Origin: Candidatus Latescibacterota bacterium
GTDB lineage: Bacteria > Latescibacterota > UBA2968
Direction: 5' to 3'
DNA length: 64,000 nucleotides
Assembly (NCBI GenBank): GCA_965204745.1
Contig: OZ242010.1
Coordinates: 4,384,001 to 4,448,000 of the forward strand
Shown in pieces: positions 1 to 9,884 of the stretch. The notes beneath the pieces are model-generated. The model was given only the letters and a program-made list of their open reading frames with translations, was not told the origin of the DNA and searched no databases. The position numbers and the translations under genes were made by a program. Every line of letters begins with the position of its first letter. The stretch's first letter is position 1.

Positions 1-234
1 TGTGATGAGGGGGTTGTAAGGGATCTGGTGCGCGCTCGGGGTCGCGTCCCGACCATTGACGCCAAGTCTACCGGTCTTGTATATGCAGCCTCAAGGGGCT
101 TAGATACTCTTCGGCATAGACCCGGCGGTCGGGGGGCCTATCTTACCTACAAGGTCATCGCCTTCAAGAGGGGCCGGCCTTCCCCGAGCCGGGCATCAAG
201 ATGGCTTATCTCGATACGAGGGCGCAACTCCTAA
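1..234 (+). CDS. Possible 3' end of a gene entering from the left edge (unknown product)
   Basis: Frame 1 is open from base 1 to TAA at 232-234; YKVIAFKRGRPSPS faintly resembles an Fn3 terminal strand; followed by intergenic repeats. Confidence 0.3.
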   Translation, partial: CDEGVVRDLVRARGRVPTIDAKSTGLVYAASRGLDTLRHRPGGRGAYLTYKVIAFKRGRPSPSRASRWLISIRGRNS

Positions 235-249
235 TTAACCCTTACTTCC

Positions 250-379
250 AAGATACAAGAGGGGAGAAGGCCACCGCGCTGTTCCTCAAGTGGTCAGTGG
301 TCAGTCCGCCCCGCACAACCCCGTTCCGTTGATGTGCTTTTGAACTGGCTGTCGCCAGTTGTACCCCGCTCGTAGCGAA
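250..379. repeat. Composite intergenic repeat: AGATACAAGAGG..(GGTCAGT)n element plus a palindromic family-A copy (334-379)
   Basis: 250-311 matches 4129-4261; 334-379 is the reverse complement of 4000-4045 and 13671-13716, with hairpin AACTGGC-tgtc-GCCAGTT. Confidence 0.8.
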
Positions 380-416
380 ACTCGTCGTTCATCTCATTTT
401 TTTTCAGGATTTCATC

Positions 417-1418
417 ATGAACCGACCTCCCGAATCCTTTGTGCGCGTGCGTGAAGATCGGCTTTTGGATTTTGCCAAGGCTTGTTTTGAAAAGGCCGGG
501 CTTGACGCGGATCACGCGGGGATCATCGCACGCCTCCTCGTCAACAGCGATCTGCGCGGGGTTCGCAGCCACGGCACGCGAACCGTCAACGGGTATTGCA
601 AGAGTTTTGAAAACGGGCACGCCAACCCGCGGCCCAATGTGCGGGTGTTGCACGAGACCCCGACGTGTGCGGTCATCGATGGCGATGGCACGCTCGGGTA
701 TCTCCCAATGGTGCGCGCGGCAGAACACGCGATTCGCAAAGCCGAGGAACTCGGCATGGGCATGGGCTTGGCGCGGCACATCGGGCATATCGGATCCGCG
801 GGCCACTATGCGCGGATGTGTTCCGAGGCGGGATGTATTGGTTTTTGCGTTCAAGGCAAACAACACGGCAAGGCGGACAATGACAGCAGGGGGCGGCAAC
901 TCGGGTACTTTGGCAATCCGCCTATCTGCTTTGCCCTGCCCTCGGGCGACGAGCCGCCGGTGGTGCTCGACGCGGCGACCTGCATCTTGGCGGATTACCA
1001 GCGCGGGGCAACGTTCGACGCCCTGCTCGAAGTGATCCCGGCAGCGTTCTTCAAGAGCATCGGGTACACGGCGGTTGCGGCACTCATCGGCGGGGGATTG
1101 GCTGGCGTCAGTCTGCGGTCCTCCCGTGCCATCGAGGAGAAATGGCGCGCAACGGGCGCGGGGGGTTGCGTCATTGCCATCGATGTCGATGCAGTGATTC
1201 CGGGCGAGATCTTTCGTGAGGAATCGGACCGCATGGTTCGAGATGTCCGCAAGACGTACGACCCCATGCCGGGATATGACCGCGCGCTTTTGCCCGGTGC
1301 TATCGAAGAAGAACACCTGGCCCGGCACCGCGCCGAGGGCATCCGCTATGGCGAGATGGAGCAGGAAAACGCACGGGAAGTCAGCGTGCGATTGGGCGTG
1401 CCTCTGCCCTGGGATTGA
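417..1418 (+). CDS. Ldh_2 family (malate/L-lactate/ureidoglycolate-type) oxidoreductase
   Basis: 333 aa; DLRGVRSHG, IDGDGTLG, HIGSAGHYA, FGNPPICFA and LPG motifs typical of the family. Confidence 0.85.
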   Translation: MNRPPESFVRVREDRLLDFAKACFEKAGLDADHAGIIARLLVNSDLRGVRSHGTRTVNGYCKSFENGHANPRPNVRVLHETPTCAVIDGDGTLGYLPMVRAAEHAIRKAEELGMGMGLARHIGHIGSAGHYARMCSEAGCIGFCVQGKQHGKADNDSRGRQLGYFGNPPICFALPSGDEPPVVLDAATCILADYQRGATFDALLEVIPAAFFKSIGYTAVAALIGGGLAGVSLRSSRAIEEKWRATGAGGCVIAIDVDAVIPGEIFREESDRMVRDVRKTYDPMPGYDRALLPGAIEEEHLARHRAEGIRYGEMEQENAREVSVRLGVPLPWD

Positions 1419-1451
1419 TGCGAGTGAGACCGCTGAAAAAAAGAAACATCC

Positions 1452-1607
1452 ATGCAACCCAACATCATCATCTTCCTCGTTGACGACATGGGCACGGGCG
1501 ATACGAGTGCCTATCAGGATTGGACGGGCAACCGAGCCGACGAGCAACTCCACTTGACAATAAAAAAATGCGCCCACAGGGAATCGAACCCCGAACCTAC
1601 TGATTAA
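1452..1607 (+). pseudogene. Truncated sulfatase N-terminus
   Basis: MQPNIIIFLVDDMGTGDTSAY matches the sulfatase N-terminal signature; similarity stops at about 1553, before the usual TPxxDxLA and catalytic CxPxR motifs, and the frame runs into the antisense tRNA. Confidence 0.75.
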
Positions 1608-1641
1608 GAGTCAGTTGCTCTACCAGTTGAGCTATGGGCGC
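1569..1641 (-). tRNA. tRNA-Lys(CTT), CCA not encoded
   Basis: Reverse complement GCGCCCATAGCTCAACTGGTAGAGCAACTGACT-CTT-AATCAGTAGGTTCGGGGTTCGATTCCCTGTGGGCGCA folds as a cloverleaf with D and T loops. Confidence 0.97.
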
Positions 1642-1657
1642 ATACAATAGCGGTGAA

Positions 1658-1686
1658 AATGTAAAAAAGCCCAAGGGCAATGTCAA
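1658..1686 (-). promoter_or_regulatory. Sigma70-type promoter of tRNA-Lys
   Basis: TTGACA (1686-1681), 17-nt spacer, TACATT (1663-1658), just upstream of the tRNA. Confidence 0.75.
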
Positions 1687-1689
1687 GCC

Positions 1690-2169
1690 TCATCTTGAAT
1701 CTGATCTGCCGCGGACATAGGTGCCACTTTGCCCGCCGCTTTTGCTTAGCAGGCAGATGTCGCCGATGACCATGTTGCGGTCCGCGGCTTTGCACATGTC
1801 GTAAATCGTCAGCAGGGCCACGCTGACCGCGGTTAGGGCTTCCATCTCCACGCCCGTGCGCCCGGGCACGCGCACACATGCGGTCGCCGCAATGCCTGCA
1901 TCGTCCATCTCAAAGCGCAGATCGACGCCCGTAATGCCCAAGGGGTGACACATGGGAATGAGGTCAGATGCGCGCTTGGCGGCCATCACCCCGGCAATGC
2001 GCGCTGTTTCCAAGACATTGCCCTTGGGTGCTTGTCCGCCGGTGATGAGTTGCAGGGTCTCGGGTTGCATCGAGATCTTGCCCGCCGCCGTGGCCTCGCG
2101 GTCCGTCACTGTTTTATCCGTGACATCCACCATCTTCACATTGCCCTGTGGGTCGATATGCGTCAACAT
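1690..2169 (-). CDS. moaC: Cyclic pyranopterin monophosphate synthase MoaC
   Basis: [35 protein letters not shown] motifs. Confidence 0.97.
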   Translation of the reverse strand: MLTHIDPQGNVKMVDVTDKTVTDREATAAGKISMQPETLQLITGGQAPKGNVLETARIAGVMAAKRASDLIPMCHPLGITGVDLRFEMDDAGIAATACVRVPGRTGVEMEALTAVSVALLTIYDMCKAADRNMVIGDICLLSKSGGQSGTYVRGRSDSR

Positions 2170-2172
2170 GTT

Positions 2173-3972
2173 CTACTCCCATTCCACTGTGCCGGGGGGT
2201 TTGTGCGTGATGTCGTAACACACGGCAGCAATGCCCGGCAACTTCAGAATAGCGGCGGCTATCTCGCGCACCAAGTCGCGGGGCAAGGCGGCGAATCGCG
2301 CGGTCATAAAATCCGGCGTCGTAATCGGGCGCAAAATCGCGATCTCATCTCGTCCGTCTGTGGTGACAGGTGCCAACGCGGTCGGCATCTGCGATACAGA
2401 GGCCATGAGGCCCGCCTGTTCGAGGGCGCGCATGGCAATCGCGTCTGCCCGACGCAAGAGATCGAGGCGTTGCCGGGTTGTGAATGCGCGCTTGAGGCGC
2501 GTTTTGGGCGGCGCGTCTGGCGCGATGAGATACACCACGCGGTTGATGCTCGGAATGCTGTTGGTGATCCGCGTGGACACATCTTCGAGCACGGGCCAAT
2601 CCGCGGGGCCGGCCACGAGTGCGGGATGCGAGTACGTGCGAAAATCGCCTTGCACGCCCACGCTTTTGACGGGCAAAAGTTGCAGGTGCAAACCCGCCTC
2701 AGCCGCGATAGCGGACGCGGCCCGTTCTGCGACTTTGACCTCGTCCTTTGGCCCTCGTCCGTCCGAACACAAACAGCGCACGGCCAGGCCGGGGCCGGGA
2801 AACGGATGCCGCCAAATTAGGTGGTCGGGCAACCCCAACTCGCGGCCGAGTTCGCGCACCTCGTCTTTGTACAACTGCGCCAAGGGTTCCACGACCTTGC
2901 CCTGTGCGATCAATTCGTCGATCATGCCGATGCGGTTGTGGTGCGTCTTGATCAACGCGGCGTGCGTGCTACCTCCGGATTCGATGGTATCCGGATAGAG
3001 CGTGCCCTGCGCCAACACCCAGTCCTCTGCCTTGAGGTGCAATGTCGCCATGACGTCGTCTTTCACCGCCAAAAAGGTTCGCCCAATGGCCTCGCGCTTG
3101 GCTTCTGGATCGGTCAATCCCTCCACGCTCAGCAAAAAATCATCGCTGGCATCTTCGACCATCAAATTGTCAAACCCCTCTTTTTTCAGAAACGTTTTGA
3201 CCGCAGCGGTTTCGCGTGCGCGCATAAACCCGTTGTCGATGTGCAAGCCCAACACGCGATCCGCGCCGAGAGCCCTGTTGCACAGCACAAAAGCCACCGA
3301 CGAATCCACGCCGCCAGACACGAGCAAAAACACGTTGCGCTCGCCCACTTGTGCGCGCAGGTCTGCCATCAGTGTGTCTGCGTAATTGCCCATCGTCCAA
3401 GTGCGGGCCGCGTTGCAGATCGCCAAAAAATTGTCGAAAATATCCAACCCGCGTGGGGTGTGCGCCACTTCCGGGTGAAATTGCAAGCCGTAAATGTGAC
3501 GCTGGACATCGCCAATCGCAGCAGCGGGACAAGCCTCGGTCACGCCCAAAATTTCAAACCCGTCGGGCAATGTTGAGACGACGTCGCCGTGGCTCATCCA
3601 AACTTCCAGCGCGTCGCCAAGCCCGGCGAACAAGGCGGCTTCGCCCGCGACGTGCAATGTGGCAGACCCGTATTCTCGCACATCGCCGGGAACGACCTCG
3701 CCGCCCATCTGCACGCACAACAACTGATGCCCGTAACACAGGCCGAGGATGGGCACGGGCATGTCCAACACTTCGGCGTTGAACGCGGGCGGATCCGGAT
3801 CGTACACGCTCGCAGGGCCACCGGATAAGATCAAGCCGGAAACCCCGCGCAATGATGCGGGATCGACATGCGGCGGAAAAATTTCGGCATAGACCCGCAA
3901 CCTGCGAATCCGATTGGCGATCAGGTGGGCGTACTGCCCGCCAAAATCGAGGATGGCGATGCCGGTGGGCAT
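2173..3972 (-). CDS. guaA: Glutamine-hydrolysing GMP synthase (long form, 599 aa)
   Basis: LDFGGQY, LGLCYGHQ, QFHPEV, SGGVDSS, IKTHHN, HPFPGPGLAVR, KPPGTVEWE. Confidence 0.97.
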   Translation of the reverse strand: MPTGIAILDFGGQYAHLIANRIRRLRVYAEIFPPHVDPASLRGVSGLILSGGPASVYDPDPPAFNAEVLDMPVPILGLCYGHQLLCVQMGGEVVPGDVREYGSATLHVAGEAALFAGLGDALEVWMSHGDVVSTLPDGFEILGVTEACPAAAIGDVQRHIYGLQFHPEVAHTPRGLDIFDNFLAICNAARTWTMGNYADTLMADLRAQVGERNVFLLVSGGVDSSVAFVLCNRALGADRVLGLHIDNGFMRARETAAVKTFLKKEGFDNLMVEDASDDFLLSVEGLTDPEAKREAIGRTFLAVKDDVMATLHLKAEDWVLAQGTLYPDTIESGGSTHAALIKTHHNRIGMIDELIAQGKVVEPLAQLYKDEVRELGRELGLPDHLIWRHPFPGPGLAVRCLCSDGRGPKDEVKVAERAASAIAAEAGLHLQLLPVKSVGVQGDFRTYSHPALVAGPADWPVLEDVSTRITNSIPSINRVVYLIAPDAPPKTRLKRAFTTRQRLDLLRRADAIAMRALEQAGLMASVSQMPTALAPVTTDGRDEIAILRPITTPDFMTARFAALPRDLVREIAAAILKLPGIAAVCYDITHKPPGTVEWE

Positions 3973-3999
3973 GGGGACTCCGTAAGGTGAGAGGGAAGT

Positions 4000-4261
4000 T
4001 TAGCCACGAGCGGGGTAAAACTGGCGACAGCCAGTTCAAAGGCACAAAAGGCACAAAAGGGGTACAACTGGCGGTAGCCCGTTCAAAAGCGGGCAGTGTG
4101 TAGGGGCGATGCCCCTGTGCTCGCCCAAAGATACAAGAGGCAAGAGGGAAGAGGCAAGAGGGGAGAAGGCTACCGCGCTATCCCTCTCAAGTCGTCAGTT
4201 GTCAGTTGTCAGTTGTCAGTTGTCAGTTGTCAGTTGTCAGTTGTCAGTTGTCAGTCCGCCC
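4000..4261. repeat. Repeat mosaic: family-A palindromic unit (1.5 copies), GTAGGGGCG REP-like palindrome (4100-4126), (CAAGAGG)n and about 9 copies of GTCAGTT (4194-4255)
   Basis: Visible directly; units recur at 250-379, 13584-13767, 40467-40660 and 53094-53170. Confidence 0.9.
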
Positions 4262-4353
4262 AACCCCCAACACCTTCGGGGTTGGTACTCACAAGGGCCG
4301 ATGCAACAGGGAGCACAATACACCTTTTTTTACTTGGCGAGCCAAACTACTGA

Positions 4354-4725
4354 CTACTTGGTGGTCGGAGATTGAGTGGCATGCTCTCGCAACAAATATT
4401 CCACGAGCACCTTTCGCCGTGCGGGCGCGATTTCGACCTTGGGCATGGGCGTTGCATATTTTTTTGAGTAGGCTTGCAACCGCGCATTGTCTTTGGCGTA
4501 CGCGGGGGGATCGATCAGGAATGCCTCTAAGGATTCGGGCGTCCACTTGTCTTGCAAGTCCTCTAAGCGCGGGCCTTGCGCTGTGCCGGTGCCGGTGATG
4601 TCATGGCATCTCGCGCATCCGGATTCGACAAAGACCGCCTTGCCATCGGGCGGCGCGGCGCAGGTCAGCAGGAGGGTCAAGGCCCCGACAACACCACAGA
4701 GGGCAATGGCGAAGGATCGTTTCAT
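4354..4725 (-). CDS. Monoheme cytochrome c, exported or membrane-anchored
   Basis: Start trimmed to ATG 4725 (MKRSFAIALCG signal); GKAVF..SGCARCH haem motif, GPRL, distal Met in PMP. Confidence 0.85.
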   Translation of the reverse strand: MKRSFAIALCGVVGALTLLLTCAAPPDGKAVFVESGCARCHDITGTGTAQGPRLEDLQDKWTPESLEAFLIDPPAYAKDNARLQAYSKKYATPMPKVEIAPARRKVLVEYLLREHATQSPTTK

Positions 4726-4798
4726 AAAATAAATTTGTCCGATTCCCCGGTCGGGCCATATCTTGCGGTCTCTCAAAAACGCGACAGGAGGAAAGGTC

Positions 4799-5992
4799 AT
4801 GAAACCCATTTACATCACCGGTAGCAAGCGCACGGCCATTGGGGGATTTATGGGCGGATTTGCCGAGGTCTCCGCGCCTCAACTCGGCAGTGCGGTCACA
4901 GCGGCTTCGCTTGGGCAGGCGGGCGTATCGGGCGATGATGTCGATGAAGTGATCTTTGGCAATGTCCTCGGCGCGGGCCTAGGCCAAAACGTCGCGCGTC
5001 AAGTGGCGATAGGCGCGGGAATCGACGCTTCGGTGGGCGCGACAACGGTCAACAAGGTGTGCGGGTCGGGCCTCAAATCCGTGATGCTCGCGGCGCAGGC
5101 CATCCAGTGCGGAGACGCGGACTTGATCCTCGCGGGCGGCACGGAAAACATGAGCCGCGCACCCTATTTGCTCGAAAACGCACGCGCGGGTTACAGGCTT
5201 GGATCCGGTGAACTCGTGGACACCGTCATTCGCGACGGCTTGTGGGATGTGTACAACGACCTGCACATGGGCACTTGCGGCGACCGGTGTGCAAAACGCT
5301 GCGGGTTCTCGCGCGACGACCAAGATGCGTACGCCATCAACAGCTATCAAAAAGCACTTCGCGCCGACAAAGAAGGCGGCTTTCGCAACGAGATCGCGCC
5401 CGTACAAGTTCCATCGGGCGAGACGATTACGACCATAGACCGAGATGAAGAACCCCTGCGATTTGACGAAAACAAATTGCGCCACCTGCGGCCCTCGTTC
5501 TCAAAAGATGGCACTGTGACCCCCGGCAACGCGTCGAGCATCAACGATGGCGCGGCCGCTGTCGTCGTCCTGTCCGAACAAAAAGCAACACGACGCGGCA
5601 TCGCGCCCGAAGCCAAAATTTTGGGATATGCCACGCATGCACAGGCCCCCGAGTGGTTCACCCTCGCGCCCATCGGCGCCATTGCCAAACTATTGTCCAA
5701 ACTCTCTCTGCGCGTGTCGGACATCGATCTGTTTGAAATCAACGAAGCCTTTTCCTGCGTGCCCATGGCCGCGGCCCATGACCTGAACATCCCCGCGGAA
5801 AAACTCAATGTTCACGGCGGCGCGGTCGCGCTTGGGCATCCCATTGGCGCGAGCGGCACGCGCATTCTCGTCACCCTCATTCACGCGCTCAAGCGCAGAC
5901 GCAAGCGCGTGGGCATTGCCGCATTGTGCATCGGCGGCGGCGAGGCCGTGGCGATGGCGGTGGCGCGGATAGACGAATCGGCGAATCGATGA
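4799..5992 (+). CDS. atoB: Acetyl-CoA C-acetyltransferase (thiolase)
   Basis: AGGAGG RBS before ATG 4799; NKVCGSG, EINEAF, GHPIGASG, LCIGGG. Confidence 0.9.
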   Translation: MKPIYITGSKRTAIGGFMGGFAEVSAPQLGSAVTAASLGQAGVSGDDVDEVIFGNVLGAGLGQNVARQVAIGAGIDASVGATTVNKVCGSGLKSVMLAAQAIQCGDADLILAGGTENMSRAPYLLENARAGYRLGSGELVDTVIRDGLWDVYNDLHMGTCGDRCAKRCGFSRDDQDAYAINSYQKALRADKEGGFRNEIAPVQVPSGETITTIDRDEEPLRFDENKLRHLRPSFSKDGTVTPGNASSINDGAAAVVVLSEQKATRRGIAPEAKILGYATHAQAPEWFTLAPIGAIAKLLSKLSLRVSDIDLFEINEAFSCVPMAAAHDLNIPAEKLNVHGGAVALGHPIGASGTRILVTLIHALKRRRKRVGIAALCIGGGEAVAMAVARIDESANR

Positions 5993-6113
5993 ATCGCAGG
6001 GACAGGCCCCGTTACCTGTCCACATCAACGCCCCCGTCGTCCACGCCAAAAAACGCGACGCGAATCGCAGTGGCAGGTCCACCTGCCCGCCGATTCGCGG
6101 ATTTCCCAATTCA

Positions 6114-8570
6114 TCACAGACTCAAAAGATAGGAAAGTTTGACGAGAACCGAGCGGTTCTTTCGGGTGAGGCCCGCGTTCGTGTCGTACGCGCTGTCGAA
6201 AACCACGAAGATGTCGCTACCGGGGCGGTACCGGTAATTGAGGAGAAAATTCGCGCTGGCAAATGCCTTGTCGTTATTCCACTGCACGAACAACTTGACG
6301 AAAAAGTCTGTGGAAAACGAGTACTGAAGGCGGTTGCTGAGGGTGTGGAGGTTCAAATTGCCTTGGGGCAGGCGAATCCAATCGCCTTGATACTCCGCTT
6401 CAAAGGTCAAGCGTCCAGACGGGCGAAACGAACTCTCCGACCGCAGGGTGTAGCGTTTTCCCGTGTAATACGTTCCGGCTTCAAACGAGATGCCTGGGCG
6501 CAATTTTCGGGCGCGGCTAGGGCGCGGCCCCGTGGCAAATGACGTGAACGTATAGGTGCCGGGGGGAATGCCTAGGTCGTCCCGCCGGTCAGAGGGGTAA
6601 AATGTCTCATCCACCACATCGCGCGTCCGCGTCAGTTCAAACCGCCAGTAGTCGCCCGTGTTGAACATCGCAAATATCGAGAGTTCCGCGGTCCAATACT
6701 TCACATCGTTGTCCCGATCCGTAAAAACTTGCGCTTCAGGCCCCATCGAAATGTAGCGGATATTCCCGAAATTCGGCCGCGGGCGGTAACGCGCATAAAT
6801 GTCGTAACGCCTGAAACCGTCCAGTCCACTTCTGCGATTGATAAACCCCACTGCCGGTTCAAACCGATCCTCGACATCGAGAAATTTGAGACGCGCCCAA
6901 TACATAGTGCCGCGATAATTCATCGACGCGAATCGCGCGTCGTCTGCTACGCCGAGTTCCGAATCCCAGGTGCGCGCGGCAAAGGCTTGAAAATTCAGGT
7001 TTGGCGTGGGGGAATAATTGAAGTCGATGCCGCCCGCGCGATTGTATCGGTTCCATCCGCCTGCGAGATCATCGACCTGTTTGTTGACCGCGATAAAGCC
7101 CACATTTGACCGCGCAAACACATCGCGCCGCACCCTGATCACCGAGTAGTTGGTGCGGGGTACGCGCACGGTGTCGCCATCTTCATCCAAAAACGTTTTC
7201 GCATCCGTCAACGCATTCAGCGCGCCGATGCTCGTCCGCCCTTCTTTCCCCGCGATCTTCGTGCCCACGAGGATGGGGATTTTCGTTTTTTCTTCGAGGC
7301 CGATGCGCCGGGAGTAAAACAAGAGGGTGGGCGGGCGCGTGCCGCTGCCGCTGAGGCGCGCTTGTTCCCCGAATTGAAAGAGGTTCGCGCCTTCGAGGAA
7401 GAACTCGCGCTTCTCCGGAAAAAACAGGCGGAATTGCGTGAGGTTGGTCTGTTCCTGGTCCGCTTCGACCTGCGCGAAATCCGTGTTGTACGACAAATCG
7501 AGCGAGATGTTCGACGTGATGCCATAGCGCAAGTCAGAGCCGATTTCAAACGCGGCATTTTCCCCCGGGTCCGTGGCCTGATCGTCGATGGCCGTGCCCG
7601 GCAAGGCGTAGGGCTTGACGAGAATGGGACGGCGCGCGCGAATGTCTTTGAGGCCCTGAAGTTCTCCGATGTCCGCCATGCGATACCGCTCGGTGGAAGA
7701 CGAACTCCGTTGCCCCACCACGAGTTGGGCGGCCTGATTTTTGCGCGCATTGTAGCGCGACAGATTGATGCCCCAAGTGATGTCGTCCGATTGCTTAAAG
7801 CGCAGTTGGCTAAACGGGATTTCGACCTCCACGATCCAGCGGTCCGGATGGTGTTTGGTGCGCGCGGTCCAGTTGCAATCCCAATCCCGGTTGTACGTGC
7901 GTCCCTCGTTGGAGAGCATCAAATCGCTTTGCGCGCCCAAGGGGTTGACAAAAAAGAAAAAGCCGTTTTGCCGATCATTGTACGTGTCCAACAGGATTTG
8001 CACATTGTCATCGCCGTAAATTTCAGAGTCGCGGCGCATGTTGTTCGCGATGAACCGCGAGGAATCCGGGACGAAGCACTCAAACCCAAAGTAGATGCTC
8101 TTGTCCGTATAGACAATGCGCGCCACGGTTTGCTCCGCACTCGGCATCCAGTAGTTCGGATCGCGCTGGACAAATCCCGTGATCGGCCTCGCCCGCGCCC
8201 AGGCCGGGTCGTCCAAAACACCGTCCACCTCGGGCCGCTCGTCAACGCGCATCGCATGCACGACCCGCTTCGCCCGCCGCGCTGTGCCGCGTGTTCCAGA
8301 CACCACCACCACATCCCCGGGCTTCACCCCTGCGTTGTCCTCTGCGACGATACGCGCCACGACCAACTCGGGCAATTCCTTGATGACCTCGAGCCTCGCG
8401 CCCTCAACCCGGCCGTTTTGCACCGTGAGATTCGCCCACACAGGCGCCAACCCATTCAAACCCGCCACATAAGCGAGCTCGCCCGCAACGCGTTGTACGG
8501 TCCCCTCTCGCGCCACCCCCTCACTTGCACACAACAGGGAAAATACCAATGCGAAATGAATTTTTTTCAT
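6114..8570 (-). CDS. CBM9-like sugar-binding plus DUF5916 outer-membrane protein
   Basis: Signal-like MKKIHFALVFSLL at 8570; DGVLDDPAW, VEIPFSQLRF, NTDFAQVEAD, FFPEKREFFLEG, LFYSRRIG; C-terminal beta-strand VKLSYLL. Confidence 0.85.
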   Translation of the reverse strand: MKKIHFALVFSLLCASEGVAREGTVQRVAGELAYVAGLNGLAPVWANLTVQNGRVEGARLEVIKELPELVVARIVAEDNAGVKPGDVVVVSGTRGTARRAKRVVHAMRVDERPEVDGVLDDPAWARARPITGFVQRDPNYWMPSAEQTVARIVYTDKSIYFGFECFVPDSSRFIANNMRRDSEIYGDDNVQILLDTYNDRQNGFFFFVNPLGAQSDLMLSNEGRTYNRDWDCNWTARTKHHPDRWIVEVEIPFSQLRFKQSDDITWGINLSRYNARKNQAAQLVVGQRSSSSTERYRMADIGELQGLKDIRARRPILVKPYALPGTAIDDQATDPGENAAFEIGSDLRYGITSNISLDLSYNTDFAQVEADQEQTNLTQFRLFFPEKREFFLEGANLFQFGEQARLSGSGTRPPTLLFYSRRIGLEEKTKIPILVGTKIAGKEGRTSIGALNALTDAKTFLDEDGDTVRVPRTNYSVIRVRRDVFARSNVGFIAVNKQVDDLAGGWNRYNRAGGIDFNYSPTPNLNFQAFAARTWDSELGVADDARFASMNYRGTMYWARLKFLDVEDRFEPAVGFINRRSGLDGFRRYDIYARYRPRPNFGNIRYISMGPEAQVFTDRDNDVKYWTAELSIFAMFNTGDYWRFELTRTRDVVDETFYPSDRRDDLGIPPGTYTFTSFATGPRPSRARKLRPGISFEAGTYYTGKRYTLRSESSFRPSGRLTFEAEYQGDWIRLPQGNLNLHTLSNRLQYSFSTDFFVKLFVQWNNDKAFASANFLLNYRYRPGSDIFVVFDSAYDTNAGLTRKNRSVLVKLSYLLSL

Positions 8571-8572
8571 AG

Positions 8573-9853
8573 CTAAAAAAGTGCGAGTTGTCGATCCAAA
8601 GCACCGCAGACGTATTGCGGTGTGTGTTTTTGACTGCCGCTCCAAGTGGCGTAAACGCAGTATTCGAAAAGCTCTTTTTTGCGTTTTCGGATGACCTCGC
8701 TGCCTATGTTCGAGAATCCGAGGTTTTTCAGGGAATTTTCGAGCACCTTTTCCGTGTGAACCCGAACCCCGTAGAAACTGGAATTGCCGACAATATACGC
8801 GAGCGCGGTGCCTTTCTTCAGGCTTTTTCGCAAATTTTGAAGGTGCATGTGCATATCGTGAAAATATTTCCAGACGTAGTTTGCCATCAGCAAGGCGTTC
8901 TTTTGTTCGGTTTCCAAAATTTGACAAACGACTGATTTCAACGATTCTGGAAGGTCGAGGCCGTTTGATTTCCAATCGTGAAGCCGGCTGGTGGCAACCC
9001 CCCATGTCCCGCCAATTGCTTTCCAATCCAATTCACCCGCTGCTCTGGCTGAAGCGAGAAATTTTGTCCAATACATGTAAGGGCGAAGTTCCCGGATATA
9101 ACTGATGCGATTGGGATATGGCGGAGACGTGACAACATGGGAATATTGCACCCCATCAATTGAAACGGGTTGCCGCGAATCCTCGTCATGCACCGACGCG
9201 GAACCGGTCAGCTCTTCACCGGCACTTTTGACGATTGCGTTCAATATCTTTTGGTACAGGGATTCAATTTGGTCGATCTCATAAGTCGTTGCTTTGTCGT
9301 GAAAGGACATGGACACATGGTTGAATGCCGCTGAAGACGTTTCGATGACCAAGCGACAAAACGCTATCCACGCCAAGTTCGCAACGCGGTCCTCTTTGGG
9401 TTCTCCAACTCGGTTGACCAGGGCTTTGCGAAGTGCTGCGAGTGCCTTCAAGGTGTGTTTGCACCACCACCGCGTAATATTGTGGATTTGGGGCATCCAG
9501 TTGTCTCGATTCGCGATCTCCTTGCAATCCGCCAGAGCTTTATCGCTTTCCGTTTTCAGCCTTTCCAATTCGACCTGTGAGTAGTTGCGGCACTTGGCGT
9601 TTCCAAGCCAAACGAGAAATGGGTTTATGTCGAGACAATGTGCGGATAATCCCCGTTCTGCGGCGACCAACCCGCTCGTCCCCGTACCGGAAAAGGGATC
9701 GAGGATAAAGGCATCCTTTGGGACGCCATCCATCATCTCCTCAACCAACTTGACCGAATAGGCGGGGGTCAAACGCAACCACCCATGCCTGCCGAGTTGC
9801 GCGTTGTATTTGAAGGTGTAATCCGACCGCTGTGTTAGTTTCGCGTCCATCAC
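8573..9853 (-). CDS. Amino-DNA methyltransferase (probably N4-cytosine, alpha-type motif order), apparently orphan
   Basis: Motif I LDPFSGTGT near the N-terminus, motif IV TSPPY downstream, IVGNS; lower GC than its flanks. Confidence 0.85.
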   Translation of the reverse strand: MMDAKLTQRSDYTFKYNAQLGRHGWLRLTPAYSVKLVEEMMDGVPKDAFILDPFSGTGTSGLVAAERGLSAHCLDINPFLVWLGNAKCRNYSQVELERLKTESDKALADCKEIANRDNWMPQIHNITRWWCKHTLKALAALRKALVNRVGEPKEDRVANLAWIAFCRLVIETSSAAFNHVSMSFHDKATTYEIDQIESLYQKILNAIVKSAGEELTGSASVHDEDSRQPVSIDGVQYSHVVTSPPYPNRISYIRELRPYMYWTKFLASARAAGELDWKAIGGTWGVATSRLHDWKSNGLDLPESLKSVVCQILETEQKNALLMANYVWKYFHDMHMHLQNLRKSLKKGTALAYIVGNSSFYGVRVHTEKVLENSLKNLGFSNIGSEVIRKRKKELFEYCVYATWSGSQKHTPQYVCGALDRQLALF

Positions 9854-9884
9854 TCGGCACTCCGTAGTGTTTCAACTGGGGCAG

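Noticed and set aside
4096-4375. Short ORFs containing SVVSCQL repeats, and LLPLASC repeats at 13465-13785
   Set aside because: Translations of heptamer DNA arrays rather than real proteins
8571-9026. N-terminal extensions in the ORF track (970-aa DUF5916, 1136-aa SbcC, 6368-aa G2 from 40342, 422-aa DUF4837)
   Set aside because: They overlap neighbouring genes or lack an RBS; downstream starts fit signal peptides, RBS or family N-termini better
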